From: Bacteroidales bacterium
GTDB lineage: Bacteria > Bacteroidota > Bacteroidia > Bacteroidales > UBA12077
DNA length: 35,106 bases
Direction of reading: 5' to 3'
Assembly (NCBI GenBank): GCA_028282585.1
Contig: JANQHR010000010.1
Span: 1 to 35,106, forward strand
Shown: in pieces, positions 31,262-35,106 of the stretch
Layout of the letters: every line of letters begins with the position of its first letter
Numbering within the stretch: position 1 is the first letter of the stretch
The notes under the pieces: model-generated
What the model was told of the DNA's origin: nothing
The model's input: the letters and a program-made list of their open reading frames with translations, nothing else
Database searches by the model: none
Program-made: the position numbers and the translations under genes

Positions 31262-31409
31262 CTCAAGATTTTAAACAAATATAATTAGATAACTTGATAT
31301 ACGTTTAATTGGTATGTCAAAACGAAAAAAATCAATTAAGCATCAAATTTAAGTGCTATACGATTAATGAGATTTTGGCCATTAGCTGCTAGCTTTACTT
31401 TTGTAAAGC

Positions 31410-31443
31410 AAAAAGTCATACTTCAAAACGAAATATGACTTTT
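31410..31443 (-). terminator. Intrinsic terminator after nitroreductase
   Basis: AAAAGTCATA...TATGACTTTT inverted repeat with flanking A/T runs. Confidence 0.6.
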
Positions 31444-31464
31444 AAAATATTATAGCTATAGTTT

Positions 31465-32211
31465 TTATTGATTAAAAAATCCCTGTTTCTTAACAACATC
31501 CAGGAATACTTTAGAGAAATGCAAGTTATCTGCTTTTTTATACCTGTTATCCGTAAAAACTTGAGCCAAAGTTTCTTTTTGGTTTTCTTCTAACAAAGCT
31601 TTGGTAGATTCTAATGCTTCCTTTTCAGCATAAATCCGGTCAATATCTTCGTTTGAGTAATCCTTATACGTTTCGTAATGAATTACTCCTTCCAAAGGTA
31701 AACGATCAGTTAATCCGGGATCTTCATCAGGATGACCTACAACTACTGTTGTAATTGGTATAACGCCATTTGGTAATTCAAGTATCTCAATTATTTTATC
31801 AGCTGTATATGTAGTTGTGCCCAGGTAACAAATTCCTAAACCTTTATCTTCCGCTGCCACACAACAATTTTGTGCAACCAACATAGCGTCGATTACTGCA
31901 TTGGTAAACCAAAGGAAGTTATCATATCCGGGTTCTGCTTTTCGATTTTCGCACCATTTATTAAAACGGTTTATATCAGCACAAAATGTTAACAAAACAG
32001 GAGCCTGAGTAGCCATTGGCTGGTTAAAATGCGTTGGAGTCAATTTCTTTTTCATTCCCTCGTCGCGGGTTACAATGATGGAGTAAACCTGCATATTACC
32101 AGTAGTTGAAGCTCGTGTACCAGCCTCTAATATTTCCTGTAAATCCTTCTCTGAAATCGGGTCGCTCTTATATTTACGTATTGACTTGTGATTGAATATT
32201 GTATCTAACAT
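31465..32211 (-). CDS. Nitroreductase family / NADPH-dependent flavin oxidoreductase (NfsA/NfrA-like)
   Basis: HKSIRKY, RASTTGNMQVYS, GLGICYLG, DRLPL; ATG at 32211 preferred because the track's TTG start lies in a TAAGTTTG -7 box (32254-32261). Confidence 0.9.
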   Translation of the reverse strand: MLDTIFNHKSIRKYKSDPISEKDLQEILEAGTRASTTGNMQVYSIIVTRDEGMKKKLTPTHFNQPMATQAPVLLTFCADINRFNKWCENRKAEPGYDNFLWFTNAVIDAMLVAQNCCVAAEDKGLGICYLGTTTYTADKIIEILELPNGVIPITTVVVGHPDEDPGLTDRLPLEGVIHYETYKDYSNEDIDRIYAEKEALESTKALLEENQKETLAQVFTDNRYKKADNLHFSKVFLDVVKKQGFFNQ

Positions 32212-32691
32212 TGTATTTAATTTATAATTACTAATTAATAATTCTTTGAGTTGCAAACTTACAAAAAAGGAAATAAGCTACCCGATGATTAATGTCAGTT
32301 TTTATTTTACAGGATAGATTTCAGAAAATATTATTTTTATAACAAATCGAGCATAAATTAATATTTCCTGAGTTCTGGCTTCCAACTTCTAACACCATCT
32401 GATTTGTTAATAAAAATTTAAGAATAAACCTTCTAATTACTAAAAAGTTTATATTAAATTTAAATCGAGAAAATTTTAAATATAAACACTTGTTATTAAT
32501 TAAAATCAACTAAAATTTAATGTAAAAGTACAATGCTGAATTTCTACCGTGCATTGCTCAAAAGACCTTTAGCTTAAAATTATACGAATTAAAAAACGAA
32601 ATCGAAAAATCAAAGAAACTAATAAAATAAGATATAAGGTTTGAGAAAAGAGTTCTTGATACTCGTATCTTGCTACTAAAAATCTAAAACT

Positions 32692-33870
32692 ATGAGAAAA
32701 TTACTTTTACTTTTTAGCGCAACCTTTTTTACAATTCATGTTTGGGGGCAAACACAAATCGATACAAGCTCGATATGGTATCATAATGGTAATGTTGGCA
32801 TTGGAACCTCAGATCCACATTTACCTTTAGAGATTTTTTCTGCAGAATTTGGACACCTAAGATTTAATCGTTCAGACGCTTGTGCAATTGACCTTAAAAT
32901 GGGTGCTAGTCATCATTTAGTTTTTCAAGGTGTATATGCTGATCCTTTCTTCCAATTCAGAAACGTAACAGGAGAAAATAAGATACAATTACACACGAAT
33001 GGTGCTTCTTATTTTGTGGGCGGTAATGTTGGAATTGGAACAACATCACCAGAGAGTCAATTAACAATATATAAAGCTTCTGATTTGAGCCCTAACTCAA
33101 GTGGAAATGGGCATTTACAAATAAATGGTAATGGATATAGTGGATATACAACTTTGGATGCTACGGCTATGTATGTTGGACATAATAGTGGCATAAGAAA
33201 TTTGGTTTTCCAAACAAATGAAACAGACAGGTTAACAATTCTTGGAAACGGAAATGTTGGAATCGGAACAATAGACCCAACCCAAAAATTAACAATAAAA
33301 AATAATGGTAGTTTTACTTTCAATACCGATTTTGCAGCAGGTATATATACTTACGGAAATATAGGTAGTGGGAATGGAACACAAGGAGGGCTTCATGTTC
33401 AAGCCGGGTGGAGTAACAATAACACGCCTGAAATTGCTCGTTTTTCTGCTTTAACATCAGGCTATGCCGATGTGCCAAGAATGGTGATTAAATCAAATGG
33501 AAATGTTGGCATCGGAACAACTTCACCAACATACCTACTCTCAGTAAAAGGAACTATTGGTTGTGGAGAGGTAATTGTTGAAAACGTAACGGGTTGGGCC
33601 GATTTCGTTTTCGAAGATGATTACAACTTAATGCCATTACAAGAGCTTGATAATTATATACAAGAAAACAAACATTTACCGGAAATTCCAACAACAGAAG
33701 AAGTTCAAGAAAACGGTATTTCGGTTGGTGAGATGAATGCGAAACTTCTGCAAAAAATAGAGGAATTAACCCTTTATCTAATTGAACTTAATAAAGAAAA
33801 CGAAAAGCAAAAGCAGATTAATTCTAATTTAAAAAGTGAAATAGAAGAGTTAAAAAATTTAGTTGAATAG
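32692..33870 (+). CDS. Secreted tail-fibre-like protein with four GNVGIGT repeats and a C-terminal chaperone-like/coiled-coil domain
   Basis: Sec signal MRKLLLLFSATFFTIHVWG|Q; GNVGIGT at aa 33, 111, 187, 270; C-terminal WADFVF...NKHLPEIP...GEMNAKLLQKIEELTLYLIE coiled coil. Confidence 0.75.
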   Translation: MRKLLLLFSATFFTIHVWGQTQIDTSSIWYHNGNVGIGTSDPHLPLEIFSAEFGHLRFNRSDACAIDLKMGASHHLVFQGVYADPFFQFRNVTGENKIQLHTNGASYFVGGNVGIGTTSPESQLTIYKASDLSPNSSGNGHLQINGNGYSGYTTLDATAMYVGHNSGIRNLVFQTNETDRLTILGNGNVGIGTIDPTQKLTIKNNGSFTFNTDFAAGIYTYGNIGSGNGTQGGLHVQAGWSNNNTPEIARFSALTSGYADVPRMVIKSNGNVGIGTTSPTYLLSVKGTIGCGEVIVENVTGWADFVFEDDYNLMPLQELDNYIQENKHLPEIPTTEEVQENGISVGEMNAKLLQKIEELTLYLIELNKENEKQKQINSNLKSEIEELKNLVE

Positions 33871-33989
33871 TAGACGGTAGCTGGTGAGTAAGAAGTAAAA
33901 ATGAATTAGTACCAATTACGAATCAATTTTATTATAGAAAGATATTAGAAAATAAGAAAAAACTTTACAATCTGATTTAAAGAAAAAAT

Positions 33990-35106
33990 ATGAAAAAGAG
34001 AATATTATTACTTAGCTGCCTAAACCTTTTATTTATGCAAATTTTGATTGGACAAGATCCTGTGTCTTATAATCCAAATAATAGTAGTGCAAGTGTAAGG
34101 TTATCATGGTTCAATGATATTGCAAGGATTAGAGTTGGTGGAGAAGGATTAGGCGTTGCAAATGGTTTCGAAATTCAAAGTGTTGGCGATTTGGTAATGA
34201 TGAAACTGCAGCACAACGGTCATGTTGGTATTGGAACAACAAGCCCATCTGAGAAGTTGGAGATTAACGGAAACTTAAGATTAGATATTGGCGGTGATCA
34301 CTACATGCTTTTAAAACCTTTTGTTGATGTAACTAATCTAAATCCTGGGTTAACAACTACTGCCGCTTCTATTACTGGTCGAAAATATGGTCACTTGGTT
34401 ATGGATATTTATTCAAATGATGCTCGTGACGCATTTGCGATAAGAACTGATACTGATTTTGATGGAACATTAGATAAAGTTCCATTTGTTGTAAATACTT
34501 TTGGAAGAGTTGGAATTGGACCTAAAGATCCTATTACAAAATTACACATTGAAGGTGCATCAGCAAATTGGAACGAAACGACTCCTGGTCGTAGCTATGG
34601 AACCATTCACTTAAGCACTGGCTCAAATTCCGATCATTTTGGAAATGCAATTACATGGGGTGCAAGTGATGCAGGAAATGCACAAGCAGGCATATATGTT
34701 AGAAGCGATGGTTCTTATGGGACAAAAATGTATTTTGCTACTACAGATGCTTATGTTACTGGTGCTAAAACTAGATTGTTTATAAATTATAATGGTAAAG
34801 TGGGAATTGGAAATACAAACCCTGGGTATAAATTAGATATTTTAGAATCGGGTGCAGCTTATACCGCACATATAAGGAATTCTGGAACTGGTAGTGGAAG
34901 ATCTGGACTACTTATAACAACAACAGATAATACCTCTAATTCATATCCACTATGGGTAAGAGGAGGTAATGGAGCCGTAACTGGTTTAATAGTAAATAGT
35001 ATTGGGCATGTTGGCATCGGAACAGAAAGCCCATCGAGTAATTTGCATGTGGATGGAAATAGTAGAATAGCAACATTTGGAGATGATGTGTATAATGACA
35101 AATATA
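33990..35106 (+). CDS. Second secreted tail-fibre-like protein with GxVGIG repeats, runs off window; missing from ORF track
   Basis: Open from ATG 33990 to the end (372 codons): MKKRILLLSCLNLLFMQILIG|QDPVSYNPNN...; GHVGIGT aa77, GRVGIGP aa172, GKVGIGN aa269, GHVGIGT aa339. Confidence 0.8.
   Translation, partial: MKKRILLLSCLNLLFMQILIGQDPVSYNPNNSSASVRLSWFNDIARIRVGGEGLGVANGFEIQSVGDLVMMKLQHNGHVGIGTTSPSEKLEINGNLRLDIGGDHYMLLKPFVDVTNLNPGLTTTAASITGRKYGHLVMDIYSNDARDAFAIRTDTDFDGTLDKVPFVVNTFGRVGIGPKDPITKLHIEGASANWNETTPGRSYGTIHLSTGSNSDHFGNAITWGASDAGNAQAGIYVRSDGSYGTKMYFATTDAYVTGAKTRLFINYNGKVGIGNTNPGYKLDILESGAAYTAHIRNSGTGSGRSGLLITTTDNTSNSYPLWVRGGNGAVTGLIVNSIGHVGIGTESPSSNLHVDGNSRIATFGDDVYNDKY

Noticed and set aside
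32281-32290. CCCGATGATT as another palindrome copy
   Set aside because: Only one 6-bp arm matches, with no complementary ATCGGG arm
32321-32509. 62-aa minus-strand ORF in the intergenic region
   Set aside because: Non-ATG start, low-complexity I/N/K/F composition typical of AT-rich non-coding DNA
32788-35023. Regularly spaced ~20-bp repeats as a CRISPR array
   Set aside because: Spacing within each gene is 210-291 bp, repeats vary at third codon positions, all are in frame within ORFs, and there are no cas genes
33057-35101. Minus-strand ORFs 33057-33323 and 34859-35101
   Set aside because: Antisense shadows of the two fibre genes (VPIPTFP/VPMPTCP is the reverse reading of GxVGIGT)
32692-35106. 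Diversity-generating retroelement acting on the fibre genes
   Set aside because: No reverse transcriptase and no TR/VR pair differing at adenines visible within the window

Overview
AT-rich chromosomal segment from a member of the Bacteroidota (inferred from TAnnTTTG promoters, mostly SD-less starts, porT, tamL, and DUF3467 after rpoC). Most of it is core genome on the minus strand: rpsU-xerC-hpf, four tRNAs, tuf, tRNA-Trp, secE-nusG-rplKAJL-rpoBC-DUF3467. It also holds a ComEA-like gene, an NSS transporter, class I and class II aldolases, two Omp85-family genes, trmH, porT, menG, small-type purL, an SDR and a nitroreductase. Accessory parts: a MarR operon with an atypical cysteine-synthase-family gene at the left edge, a frameshifted GxxExxY gene with inverted CGCAAAG motifs, and at the right edge a tandem array of secreted, modular, tail-fibre-like proteins. 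These proteins are built from unrelated ~70-97 aa cassettes separated by a conserved GxVGIG junction and are the best candidate for an under-described system. Other signals: an 18-bp palindrome (TCCCGATAGCTATCGGGA) recurring in two terminators and in frame inside a gene, a 16-bp RNA stem hiding the xerC start right after the rpsU stop, a strong SD in front of hpf, and a hairpin plus boxA-like leader before the tRNA cluster. All calls come from reading the sequence; no database searches were run.
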